Under the pieces are notes generated by a model that was not told the origin of the DNA, searched no databases, and worked only from the letters and a program-made list of their open reading frames with translations. From an uncultured bacterium (GTDB taxonomy: Bacteria; Abyssobacteria; SURF-5; CBDUXP01): a DNA stretch of 64,000 nt. Below, in pieces: positions 29,552-38,789 of this stretch. Within the stretch, counting starts at the first letter, position 1. Every line of letters starts with the position of its first letter. The position numbers were made by a program, and so were the translations under genes. The stretch covers positions 58,624-122,623 of the forward strand of contig CBDUXP010000004.1 in the NCBI GenBank assembly GCA_965371225.1, in the 5' to 3' direction.

Positions 29552-30587
29552 ACCGCACCTGGCCGGAACCGGGAACGATGTCGCCCACGCACCAGGCGGT
29601 CTCTCCCGCTTTGGTCAGAGCGTCCTGCAGCGCATCCACCCGATCGGGTGGGACGACGCAGACGTACCCGACCCCGAGGTTGAACGTGCGGCGCATGTCG
29701 TCGTCGGGCACGTTGCCGAGGCGTTGTATGGCCCGGAAGATCGGTAGCGGTTCGAAAGTGTCCAGCCGAATGCGCGCATCAAGGTTCTCGGGCAGGATGC
29801 GGGGAATGTTGTCCGTCATGCCGCCGCCCGTGATGTGCGCCATGCCCCGGATCTCGTGCCGGTCCAGGATGGGGAGGATACTGGGCGCGTAACACCGGTG
29901 CGGACGCAAGAGGGCATCGCCGATGGGTTCCGGCACGTCGTCCACCCGGTCGCTCGGCGCCAGACCGGCCGCGTCGAAACAGACCTTGCGCGCCAGGCTG
30001 TACCCGTTCGTGTGCAGCCCGCTGGACTGCAGCGCGATGATGCGGTCCCCGGCCTCGATGGCGGCACCGGTGATGACGCTCCCCCGGTCGACAATGCCCA
30101 CGATCGTCCCGACCAAGTCGTAGTCGCCATCCGTATAAACGCCGGGCAGCTCGGCCGTTTCCCCGCCGATGAGGGCGCACCCGGCGTGCCGGCAACCCTC
30201 GGCGACTCCGCGCACGATGGCTTCGATAATGCTGGGGTCGAGCCGGCCGATGCCGATGTAGTCCAGAAAGAACAGGGGCCGCGCCCCCTGCACGAGGATG
30301 TCGTTCACGCAGTGGGACACGATGTCGATGCCCACCGTGTCGTGGATGTTCATTTCGACGGCGACGCGGATTTTCGTGCCGACGCTGTCCACGCTGCTGA
30401 CGAGGACCGGGTCTTGCAGGTCCGAGTGGCCCAGCGCGAACAGGCCGCCAAATCCGCCCGTGTTCTGCAGCACGCCTTCGGTGAACGTGCTTTCCACCAG
30501 TGGCCGGATGCGGCCCATCGCCGCCGTGGCGGCGTCGATGTCGACGCCCGCGTTCTTATACGTCAGGCTGGGGTTCGTGCCGGTCAT
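29544..30587 (-). CDS. purM: AIR synthetase
   Basis: YKNAGVDI, GGETAE, SSGLHTNGYSL, HITGGG. Confidence 0.97.
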   Translation of the reverse strand: MTGTNPSLTYKNAGVDIDAATAAMGRIRPLVESTFTEGVLQNTGGFGGLFALGHSDLQDPVLVSSVDSVGTKIRVAVEMNIHDTVGIDIVSHCVNDILVQGARPLFFLDYIGIGRLDPSIIEAIVRGVAEGCRHAGCALIGGETAELPGVYTDGDYDLVGTIVGIVDRGSVITGAAIEAGDRIIALQSSGLHTNGYSLARKVCFDAAGLAPSDRVDDVPEPIGDALLRPHRCYAPSILPILDRHEIRGMAHITGGGMTDNIPRILPENLDARIRLDTFEPLPIFRAIQRLGNVPDDDMRRTFNLGVGYVCVVPPDRVDALQDALTKAGETAWCVGDIVPGSGQVRYG

Positions 30588-32007
30588 AAATCTCGAGCTG
30601 AATGGGGCGCCGGTGTTCGACCGAGAGTTTGGTCAGGCCGTTCTGGAAGGGCACGGGGTACTCCCCGTTGAAACAGGCGTAGCAGAAGGCTTCCCCGTCG
30701 CCGCCGCAGGCTTTCGTCATGCCTTCCATGGAGAGGTAGTACACACTGTCCACGCGGAAATGCACGCGCATCTCTTCGAGCGAGTGCGACGCGGCGATGA
30801 GTTCGCCGCGGGAGGGGGTGTCGACCCCGTAGAAGCAGGGGTTTTTTACGGGGGGGCTCGAGACGCGGAAGTGGACCTCGGTGGCGCCCGCCGTGCGAAT
30901 CATCTTGACGATTTTCCGGCTCGTGGTGCCCCGCACGATGGAGTCGTCGACCACGACCACGCGCTTACCGGCGAGGCTTCGGGACACCGGGCTGTACTTG
31001 ACCTTGGCGCCGAAGTCGCGGATGCTTTGGGCCGGCTCAATGAACGTCCGGCCCACGTAGTGGTTGCGGATCAGGCCCATGTCGTACGGGATGCCGGTTT
31101 CGTGGGCGAAGCCGAGCGCCGCATACACGGAGGAGTCGGGGACGGGGATGACCACGTCCGCCTCGACGGGCGCCTCGCGGGCCAGCTCTTCCCCGAGTTG
31201 GTAGCGGACGCGGTCCACGTCGCGGCCGTAGATGATGCTGTCGGGCCGGGCGAAGTAGACGTACTCGAAGATGCACTGCTTGGGCTGGGTTGCGGCGAAC
31301 GGGGTGCGGGAGCGCAGGCCGCTACGATCGATGGTGACCACTTCCCCCGGAGCCACGTCGCGGACGAACTGCGCGTCTATGATGCTGAAGGCGCACGATT
31401 CCGACGCCACGGTGAAGGCGTGGTCGATGCGCCCAATGCTGAGCGGCCGGAATCCCATCGGGTCGCGCGCCGCGAGGAGCTTGTTCTCGGTGAGGAGCAC
31501 CAGCGAGTAGGCCCCCTTCACCTGCTGCAAAGCGTCGATGAGGGCGTCCTCGATGGCATCCTCTTTCGATCGCGCAATGAGGTGCAGAATCACCTCCGTA
31601 TCGCTTGTGGAGACGAAGATGCTGCCGTTCTGTTCCAGCCGCTCGCGCAATTCGAGCGCGTTGATCAGGTTCCCGTTGTGCGCCAGCGCCACCTGCCCCT
31701 GCCGGCAGGAGGCGTATTGCGGTTGCGCGTTGCGCAGCAGGCTTGAGCCGCTGGTGGAGTACCGCACGTGCCCGATGGCGGCCATGCCTTGCAAGTCCTG
31801 AATGAGCTGCTCGTTGAACACCTCGGCGACGAGCCCCATCCCCTTGCGCGTCTTCAGCCGCTCGCCGGTCCAGACGGTGATGCCGGCGCTCTCCTGGCCG
31901 CGGTGCTGGAGCGCATAGAGGCCCAGGTAGGTGTGGTTCGCCGCCTCGGGATACCCAAAGATCCCGAAGACGCCGCACTCGTGGCGCAATGCGTCGTGCT
32001 CAGCCAT
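30556..32007 (-). CDS. purF: Amidophosphoribosyltransferase
   Basis: HE/CGVFG propeptide site, QHRGQE, GHVRYST, VDDSIVRGTT, Fe-S cysteines. Confidence 0.97.
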   Translation of the reverse strand: MAEHDALRHECGVFGIFGYPEAANHTYLGLYALQHRGQESAGITVWTGERLKTRKGMGLVAEVFNEQLIQDLQGMAAIGHVRYSTSGSSLLRNAQPQYASCRQGQVALAHNGNLINALELRERLEQNGSIFVSTSDTEVILHLIARSKEDAIEDALIDALQQVKGAYSLVLLTENKLLAARDPMGFRPLSIGRIDHAFTVASESCAFSIIDAQFVRDVAPGEVVTIDRSGLRSRTPFAATQPKQCIFEYVYFARPDSIIYGRDVDRVRYQLGEELAREAPVEADVVIPVPDSSVYAALGFAHETGIPYDMGLIRNHYVGRTFIEPAQSIRDFGAKVKYSPVSRSLAGKRVVVVDDSIVRGTTSRKIVKMIRTAGATEVHFRVSSPPVKNPCFYGVDTPSRGELIAASHSLEEMRVHFRVDSVYYLSMEGMTKACGGDGEAFCYACFNGEYPVPFQNGLTKLSVEHRRPIQLEIYDRHEPQPDV

Positions 32008-32923
32008 GCAGTACCGCCTCCGTGCGGGCAAAGGGCTCGCCGGTGATCTGTTCATACGCTTGCACGTACTGCCGGTGGCTCGCCTGCACCACCTCCGGCG
32101 GCAGCTCGGGCCCCGGCGGCGTCTTGTCCCAATCCAGCGCCGCCGCATAGTCCCGCATGGATTGCTTGTCGAAATTCCGCTGCGGGCGGCCGGGTTCGTA
32201 CTCCGCGCTGAGCCAGTAGCGCGATGAATCCGGGGTCAGCGCCTCGTCGATCCACACGAGGTCGCCATTCTCCACGCCGAATTCGAACTTGGTGTCGCTG
32301 AGGATGAGCCCGTTCTGCGCCACGTGGTCCGCCGCCGCCCGGTAAATCTCCAGGCTGAGGTCACGCATCCGGGCCGCGAGGGCCTGGTCCCCGAGGAGGG
32401 CGGCCGCCTCTTCGAACGTAAGGGGCTCATCGTGTCCCGTATCGGCTTTGGTGGTGGGCGTAAAGATGGGTTCCGGCAGCTGGGCGGCTTCCACGAGGCC
32501 GCGCGGCAGCGGGACCCCGCAGATGGATTGATGCTGCTGGTAGGCCGTCCAGCCGGACCCGGCCAGGTATCCCCGGACGACGCATTCGACGGGCAGCGGC
32601 TCCGACTTGCGCACGAGCATGCTTCGGTCCGCCAGTTGCGCCCGGTCTCCCTGTAGGTCGGCGGGAAACTCGTTGAAGTCCGCCGTGATCATGTGGTGCC
32701 GCACCTCCCCCGCAAAGTAGCGGAACCAGTAGGCGGAGAGCTGGGTGAGGATGGCCCCCTTGTCGGGAATCCCCGTCGGCAGCACCACGTCATACACGCT
32801 GACGCGGTCCGTAGCCACGAACAGCAGGTCGTCGCCGTACGTATAGATGTCGCGCACCTTCCCCCGTCGCCAGAGTTCGCGCCCGGGGAGGCGGGTGTCC
32901 AGGATGACGGGGAATTCGTTCAC
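32000..32923 (-). CDS. purC: SAICAR synthase
   Basis: GKVRD, TDR.S..D, DTKFEFG, DEALTPDSSR. Confidence 0.96.
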   Translation of the reverse strand: MNEFPVILDTRLPGRELWRRGKVRDIYTYGDDLLFVATDRVSVYDVVLPTGIPDKGAILTQLSAYWFRYFAGEVRHHMITADFNEFPADLQGDRAQLADRSMLVRKSEPLPVECVVRGYLAGSGWTAYQQHQSICGVPLPRGLVEAAQLPEPIFTPTTKADTGHDEPLTFEEAAALLGDQALAARMRDLSLEIYRAAADHVAQNGLILSDTKFEFGVENGDLVWIDEALTPDSSRYWLSAEYEPGRPQRNFDKQSMRDYAAALDWDKTPPGPELPPEVVQASHRQYVQAYEQITGEPFARTEAVLHG

Positions 32924-34278
32924 CTGCGCGATACCGCCTTGCTTCGTGGGGATTTTGCCTTCTCGCCCCGGCGCCGTGCGGCCGGCAGCACGCCGGTTCG
33001 GCGGAGAATCGTGTCCACGTGCTTGAGATGATGCTCCAGGTCGAACAGTCCTTCCAGCGCGCCGTTGCCCAGCCGGCGCTGGACGTCGGGCTCCTGCTTC
33101 AGGAGGGTGCGGAAGTCGGCGCCGTTCTCCCACACTTGCATGGCGCAGCTCTGCACCACCTGATAGGCATCGTCGCGGGTCATCCCCGCGTCCGTCAGGG
33201 CGAGCAGCACGCGCTGAGAGTAGATGAGGCCGTGGGTGCGATGCAGATTCTCCAGCATCCGGTCCGGATACACCCTCAGCTTGTCCATCACGCGGGTGAA
33301 CCGCCAGAGCATGTAATCGATCAGGATGGCGCTGTCCGGGAGAATGATCCGTTCGGCGCTGGAGTGGGAGATATCGCGCTCATGCCAGAGCGCCACGTTC
33401 TCCAGGGCCGCCGTCGCATTGTTTCGCACGACGCGGGCGAGGCCGGACACGGTCTCACAACTGACGGGGTTCCGCTTGTGGGGCATGGCGGAACTCCCCT
33501 TCTGGCGGCCGGCAAAGGGCTCTTCCACCTCGTGGATGTCCGTGCGCTGGAGGTTCCGGATCTCGGTGGCGCACTTTTCCAGGGACCCCCCGATCAGGGC
33601 CAGCACCTGGGCGAACTCCGCGTGCCGGTCCCGCTGAATGATCTGCGTGCTGGCGGGAGCGGGAGTCAGGCCCAGCTTCTTGCAGACGTGAGCCTCGACG
33701 CGGGGATCCACATTGGCGAACGTGCCCACCGCCCCGCTGATCTGCCCGACCGCGATCCGCTCGCGCATGGCCAGGAGCCGCTCGCGGTTGCGGCCCATCT
33801 CGTCGTACCAGAGCGCCAGCTTGATCCCGAAGGTGGTGGGCTCGGCATGGATGCCGTGGGACCGGCCGATCATGACCGTGTCCTTGTGTTCCCGCGCCCG
33901 GCGTTTTAGCACCGCGCGGAGGCCCTCGAGCCCGGCCGCGATCCGGTCGCACGAACGGGCGCATTGGACCGCGAGCGCGGTGTCTAGCACGTCTGACGAC
34001 GTCATCCCCATGTGGATGTAGCGGGAGGACGGCCCCACATGCTCCGCCACGTTAGTGAGAAAGGCGATCACGTCATGGTGGACCTCGGCCTCGATCTCTT
34101 GCGTACGTTCGACCGAAAACTTCGCCCGCTTCTTGATGCGGTCCAGATCGGCCTTCGGGATATTGCCCAGTTTGTGTTGGGCCTCGCAGGCCAGCAACTC
34201 GACCTCCAGCCACAACTGCAGGCGGGCCTGATCGCTCCAGAGCGCGGCAATTTCGGGCCGGGAATAGCGCGGAATCAT
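32920..34278 (-). CDS. purB: Adenylosuccinate lyase
   Basis: MIPRY, GRSHG, GSSAMPHKRNP. Confidence 0.97.
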   Translation of the reverse strand: MIPRYSRPEIAALWSDQARLQLWLEVELLACEAQHKLGNIPKADLDRIKKRAKFSVERTQEIEAEVHHDVIAFLTNVAEHVGPSSRYIHMGMTSSDVLDTALAVQCARSCDRIAAGLEGLRAVLKRRAREHKDTVMIGRSHGIHAEPTTFGIKLALWYDEMGRNRERLLAMRERIAVGQISGAVGTFANVDPRVEAHVCKKLGLTPAPASTQIIQRDRHAEFAQVLALIGGSLEKCATEIRNLQRTDIHEVEEPFAGRQKGSSAMPHKRNPVSCETVSGLARVVRNNATAALENVALWHERDISHSSAERIILPDSAILIDYMLWRFTRVMDKLRVYPDRMLENLHRTHGLIYSQRVLLALTDAGMTRDDAYQVVQSCAMQVWENGADFRTLLKQEPDVQRRLGNGALEGLFDLEHHLKHVDTILRRTGVLPAARRRGEKAKSPRSKAVSRR

Positions 34279-34377
34279 GGGGGCCCCTGGGGCGGGTGGA
34301 CGCCGCCAGCGCGGCCGCGGGCCGTACAGCTGGGAGCGGGCAGTGGGCTGGACACGATGCAGAAGACGCGCCGCGTC

Positions 34378-34406
34378 ATTGTATTCTGGAGGTCACGTCC
34401 GGTCAA
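34378..34406 (-). promoter_or_regulatory. Sigma70 promoter of the pur operon
   Basis: TTGACC-17-TACAAT about 100 nt upstream of purB. Confidence 0.75.
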
Positions 34407-35230
34407 GGAAGCCCCACCGGTTGGGCTTCCTGCGTCAGGTGCTCGCGGGCGGTGGCGACCAGTTCGGTAATCCGGTCCCGGGTGGTGGCGGTGAGCGCGC
34501 GCCGCTCCCGCACAGATTTGCCCCGCGTGTCGATGCAGGGGCCGACCACCACGTGCACGCGCCCGGGCTCCGGGCAGAGCTTGCCGCGCGGCAGCACCGC
34601 CCGGGTGCCGGCAATCGCCACGGGCAGGATTGGCGCTCCGGCCCGCAAGGCCAGAATGAAGGCCCCCGCCTGGAACTCCAGCAGCTCACCGTTGTCGCTG
34701 CGGTGGCCTTCGGGAAAGACCAGCATGCCGCCGCCATCGGCGATGTAGCGCGCGGCTTCGTTCAGACTTTCCATGGCCTGGCGCCGGTTCTCCCGGTCCA
34801 ACGACAGGAACCCGAGTCCCCGGAACCCGTGGCCGAGCACAGGAAGGCTGAAGAGTTCCCGTTTGGCCAGCGCACTGAACGACCGGGGTATCCAGCCGCA
34901 GAGCAGTGGCGGGTCGAAGTGGCTCTCATGATTGGCCACCAACACGAAGCCGCCCGTGGACGGTACGTGCTCCAGTCCCTGGATGCTCGTGCGGACCCCG
35001 CACAGTTTCATCAACCGTTGGCCGAACGAACGCTTGCACCAAGCCCCGAGCGAATCCCGCCGGTTCAGCAGCCCGCTCAGGATGGCCGGGGGGGCGTACG
35101 CAACGATGAGGGCGATTGTGCCGATGTAGTTGACCATCGCGCGCAATCGGCGGCGCAGGCCCGCCGGCGCTGCGGCTCGCGGCTGGCTCACCGGGATCCC
35201 GCTCCCGGTGTCAGGGAGTGCAGCACGCAC
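34403..35230 (-). CDS. PlsC-family acyltransferase
   Basis: NHESHFD, AKREL, FPEGHRS. Confidence 0.9.
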   Translation of the reverse strand: MRAALPDTGSGIPVSQPRAAAPAGLRRRLRAMVNYIGTIALIVAYAPPAILSGLLNRRDSLGAWCKRSFGQRLMKLCGVRTSIQGLEHVPSTGGFVLVANHESHFDPPLLCGWIPRSFSALAKRELFSLPVLGHGFRGLGFLSLDRENRRQAMESLNEAARYIADGGGMLVFPEGHRSDNGELLEFQAGAFILALRAGAPILPVAIAGTRAVLPRGKLCPEPGRVHVVVGPCIDTRGKSVRERRALTATTRDRITELVATAREHLTQEAQPVGLP

Positions 35231-35983
35231 TTAGCTTCCCGCATGCGCTTCCGATTCCGCCTTCAGCGTGGCCTTGGCGCGCCGCCGGAGATCCGCGATG
35301 GTGTCCTGCGCCTCGGCCAACAGCGCGTCGCGGTCCTCCAGCCCTCGGCCGGCGACCGGAATGGGCGGCCCGATGAGCAAGTGGACGCGGCCGGACCGGA
35401 TGTTGACGCTCCGCCAGGGCAGCACCTCCCGTGTGCCCGCGATGGCTGCAGGAATCAGCGGCACTTGTGCCTTCAAGGCCATTACGAAGCCTCCCTTCTT
35501 AAACTCTTGTATATCACCGGATTCTGTTCTATGCCCTTCCGGGAATACCAGCACTACGCCCCCCTGCTGCAGGTGGCGCGTGGCCGCGTCCATTTCCTGC
35601 ATCGATTGCGCGTGGTCCGCCCGGTTTACCTCAATGAAGCCGAACCCGCGGAAGCCGGCTCCCATGATCGGAATGCGAAACAGCTCCGTCTTGGCCACGA
35701 TGGTGAAGTCCCGGGGGAACCAGCCGCATAGGAAAGGGCCGTCGTAATGACTCTCGTGATTCGAGATCAAGACAAAGCCGCCTTCTTGCGGCACATGCTC
35801 CAGCCCTTCGACGGTGGCGTTTACCCCCGTGGACCGCAAGACCCAGAGGCCGGCCCAGCGTATGGTCCGGGGGCCGAGTTTGGGCCCGAGCCCGACCAGA
35901 CCGGCGATCGCCCCGATGAAACAGGCCGCCCCAACGAAGAACACGGCCGCTAGGCCTCTGTACAGGAGGCGAAGCAGGCCCAT
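35231..35983 (-). CDS. PlsC-family acyltransferase (paralog)
   Basis: NHESHYD, AKTEL, FPEGHRT; TGATG coupling to the upstream gene. Confidence 0.9.
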   Translation of the reverse strand: MGLLRLLYRGLAAVFFVGAACFIGAIAGLVGLGPKLGPRTIRWAGLWVLRSTGVNATVEGLEHVPQEGGFVLISNHESHYDGPFLCGWFPRDFTIVAKTELFRIPIMGAGFRGFGFIEVNRADHAQSMQEMDAATRHLQQGGVVLVFPEGHRTESGDIQEFKKGGFVMALKAQVPLIPAAIAGTREVLPWRSVNIRSGRVHLLIGPPIPVAGRGLEDRDALLAEAQDTIADLRRRAKATLKAESEAHAGS

Positions 35984-37773
35984 CAGGTGGCGGGAGGGCG
36001 GTTGGTGAGCAGCACCCAGATGCGGGAGCCGATCCGATCCCGATGCACCAGCACGAACCGGTCGGGAATCGTATCGCGGTATCGGTCGTAGTGCTTCTCT
36101 TCGATAATCGCGAGTAGGGGTCCGGGCCGAGTAGTGTCGGCCGTGGTAATCGCCGGCGGAGTATCGATCTCCAGGTGGCGTCCATAATAGAACGCGATGT
36201 CCGCCCGGAAGGAATGAAAGAGGACGACCTGGGCATTGGCGCCCGCCATGTGTTGCCATCCGCGGACAGTTTCGGCAAAGCCGCGCGCCGATTTCACCGA
36301 GTCGAAGGCCGGCAGGACGATGCCACTACACACGCCCAATACCAGGGTCGTTAGGACGACGATGGTAGGAATGACGCGGGAGGGCGGCCGGGGCAGGTGA
36401 TGGAGCAAGGCCCAGGCGCCCAGGCACGAAAAGGCGATGCCGCCGCCGATGCCTGGGTCTGCCAGGGTGCGCAGGAGCGGCCCCGCCCCATCCAACTCGT
36501 GCCGGAGCCGGCTCCACGTGGGACCAGCGGTCGCCGGAATTCCATCGCGGGTCAGGAGCATCAGCACCACCAGGCTCATGCCGGTGGCGATCGTGCCGAT
36601 TGATAGCAGGAGCGTGGGCACCATCACCCTCCGCACCTGCGGCAGGCGGCGGAGGTCGCTGGCGTATTGCCGCAGATGCGCCGCGACGAGCAGGGCTAAC
36701 CCGGGGTAGATGGGGAGCAAGTACTGGCCCCGCTTGCCGGAGATAGCGCTGAAGACGAGAAACGGGGCCACCACCCAACACCAGGCGAGCCGCAGCCGCG
36801 GCCATTCCACCGTCCCCCGCGCGCGCACCGCGGCCCAGACCGCCGTCGGCAGGAAGACGCTCCAGGGCAGAAACTCCCCCAATAGGCCCACCGCGTAGTG
36901 GTAGACCGGCTTCTGGTGGCTGTAGCTGGTCACCAGGCGCCCGGTCGTCTGCCGCAACAATTCGTCCAGGCTGCCGAACGCGCCCCCGCTGCGGGCGTAT
37001 GCCGCGCGCCACCAGGGCGCCACTAGCAGGAGCGCGCACGCGGCGGCGCCCGCCAGGAGGATGCCGGCTCGACGGGGGCGGCCGATGGTCCAGCCATAAC
37101 TGCCCAGCACCACCGCCGGGATGAGCAGCGCCACGGGGCCCTTGGTCAGCAGCCCCGCCGTCATGCCCGCCAACACTCCCACGCTCCAGGGCCCCCACCG
37201 CCGGTCGGCGTCCAGGGCACGGACGCCGGAGAGTATGGCGATGGTGACCCACAAGGTGAGCACGGCATCCAGCGCCCCATTGCGGCTAAACCAGAAGAAC
37301 TGCACGCTCGTGGCGAGGATGAGCGCCGCCACGAGCCCCGTCCATTCGTCCCACCGGCGTGCGCCGGCGCGCCAGACCAGCAGCAGGGTGCAGAGGGCCG
37401 CGAAGGCCGAGGGCAGGCGTGCGGTCACTTCATTCACGGAGGCGGCTCGCTCCCGCGGTCCCCGCCCGGGCCGGCGCCATTCCACCCACCGGCCGTAGGT
37501 CTCGGCGCACGCGGTCGTCAGCCAGAACATCAGGGGGGGCTTCTCCTGGTACACGTCCCCGTTGAGGCGGGGCAGGATGTAGTCCCCTCCTGCGCGCATC
37601 TCCCGCGCAACCAGCGCATAGCGCACCTCGTCCGGCGCCCAGAGATCATGGGCGCCCAGATTGCTGAAGAACAGGGCGAGGGCGACCGCCACGAGCACGA
37701 GCCCGGCCGCGACCGGCTTGGGTTGCCGGACGGGGGCCGCGGGAAGCATCGGGGGCGCCACCGGCGCGGTCAC
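35983..37773 (-). CDS. ArnT/PMT-family (GT-C) lipid-carrier glycosyltransferase
   Basis: PDEVRYA..AREM, EKPPL.FW, TKGP, K...YLLP; multi-TM. Confidence 0.9.
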   Translation of the reverse strand: MTAPVAPPMLPAAPVRQPKPVAAGLVLVAVALALFFSNLGAHDLWAPDEVRYALVAREMRAGGDYILPRLNGDVYQEKPPLMFWLTTACAETYGRWVEWRRPGRGPRERAASVNEVTARLPSAFAALCTLLLVWRAGARRWDEWTGLVAALILATSVQFFWFSRNGALDAVLTLWVTIAILSGVRALDADRRWGPWSVGVLAGMTAGLLTKGPVALLIPAVVLGSYGWTIGRPRRAGILLAGAAACALLLVAPWWRAAYARSGGAFGSLDELLRQTTGRLVTSYSHQKPVYHYAVGLLGEFLPWSVFLPTAVWAAVRARGTVEWPRLRLAWCWVVAPFLVFSAISGKRGQYLLPIYPGLALLVAAHLRQYASDLRRLPQVRRVMVPTLLLSIGTIATGMSLVVLMLLTRDGIPATAGPTWSRLRHELDGAGPLLRTLADPGIGGGIAFSCLGAWALLHHLPRPPSRVIPTIVVLTTLVLGVCSGIVLPAFDSVKSARGFAETVRGWQHMAGANAQVVLFHSFRADIAFYYGRHLEIDTPPAITTADTTRPGPLLAIIEEKHYDRYRDTIPDRFVLVHRDRIGSRIWVLLTNRPPAT

Positions 37774-37774
37774 G

Positions 37775-38083
37775 TTAGCCAGGGGCCTCCTCCTGCCGTT
37801 CCCGCGCCAGGAGCATGAGGTTGCGCGTGTAGATGAGGAACCCGGTGGTTTGGCCCAGCGCGATGACGGGATCCTGGCGGCCGAAGAACGCGTACGTGAA
37901 CAGCATGAAACTCCCGAGCAAGCTCAGGTACCAGAAGGCTTTGGGGATGACGCTGCGCTTGGCCCGTTCCGAGACGATCCACTGGACGAGAAAGCGCGAG
38001 AAAAACACGGTCTGCCCGACCATGCCCCAGACAAACCAGCGGTCGGTGAGATTCTCAAGGAGTCGGGCCCACAGGTCGTCCAT
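37775..38083 (-). CDS. Lipid A biosynthesis N-terminal (LAB_N) domain membrane protein
   Basis: GQ..F.SRF.VQW..SE...S..P..FW..S..G...D.V...GQ....IY.RNL. Confidence 0.88.
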   Translation of the reverse strand: MDDLWARLLENLTDRWFVWGMVGQTVFFSRFLVQWIVSERAKRSVIPKAFWYLSLLGSFMLFTYAFFGRQDPVIALGQTTGFLIYTRNLMLLARERQEEAPG

Positions 38084-38788
38084 TTAGAGTTCCTCTTCGA
38101 TCTCGTAGCCGAACTGGCGCCACTTCATCCAGCGCACCGCGAACAGGTCGATCGTGGCCCGGAAGACGCGGTTCCACATGCCGTACTTCGATACTCCCCG
38201 CTCGCGCGGCCGGTGGCTGACCGGAACTTCCACCACCGTGTAGCCCGCCATCTTGATCAGCGTCGGCAGAAACCGGTGCATGCCTTCGTACAGCTTCAGG
38301 TCCTGCAGACATTCCCGCTTGTAGGCCTTGAGCGAACAGCCCACGTCAGCGATGCTCTCGCCGGTCACCCAGTTGCGCACGCCATTGGCGATCCGGCTTT
38401 GCCAGAGGCGGTACGCCGAATCGTGGCGCTTGTGGCGCCAGCCGACCGCCGCGTCGTACTCCGGCAGCTTTTCGAGGAGCGTCGGGATGTCGCGCGGATC
38501 GTTCTGCAAGTCGGCGTCCAGCGTGATCACCACGTCGCCCCGGGCCGCCTTGAACCCCGCCGCCATGGCGGCCGTCTGCCCGGCGTTCGCTTTGAAGCCC
38601 ACCAGCCGCACGGCCGGGTCGCTGGCGCGCAAGTCGCGGATCACCTGGCGGCTCCCGTCGGTGCTGCCGTCGTCCACGTAGACGATTTCGTAGTCCGCCT
38701 CAAGCGCCTGCATGACGGGGGTGAGCGCGGCGTGGAGGTGCGGCAGCGATGCCTCTTCATTGTAGAGGGGTACCACCACGGAATACAC
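38084..38788 (-). CDS. GT2 polyprenyl-phosphate glycosyltransferase (ArnC/DPM-like)
   Basis: VDDGSTD, N.GQ, DADLQNDP, HRFLP, R..G.SKY. Confidence 0.9.
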   Translation of the reverse strand: MYSVVVPLYNEEASLPHLHAALTPVMQALEADYEIVYVDDGSTDGSRQVIRDLRASDPAVRLVGFKANAGQTAAMAAGFKAARGDVVITLDADLQNDPRDIPTLLEKLPEYDAAVGWRHKRHDSAYRLWQSRIANGVRNWVTGESIADVGCSLKAYKRECLQDLKLYEGMHRFLPTLIKMAGYTVVEVPVSHRPRERGVSKYGMWNRVFRATIDLFAVRWMKWRQFGYEIEEEL

Positions 38789-38789
38789 G

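Noticed and set aside
34279-34375. purB leader as a purine riboswitch
   Set aside because: No recognisable aptamer consensus or terminator; only GC-rich sequence.
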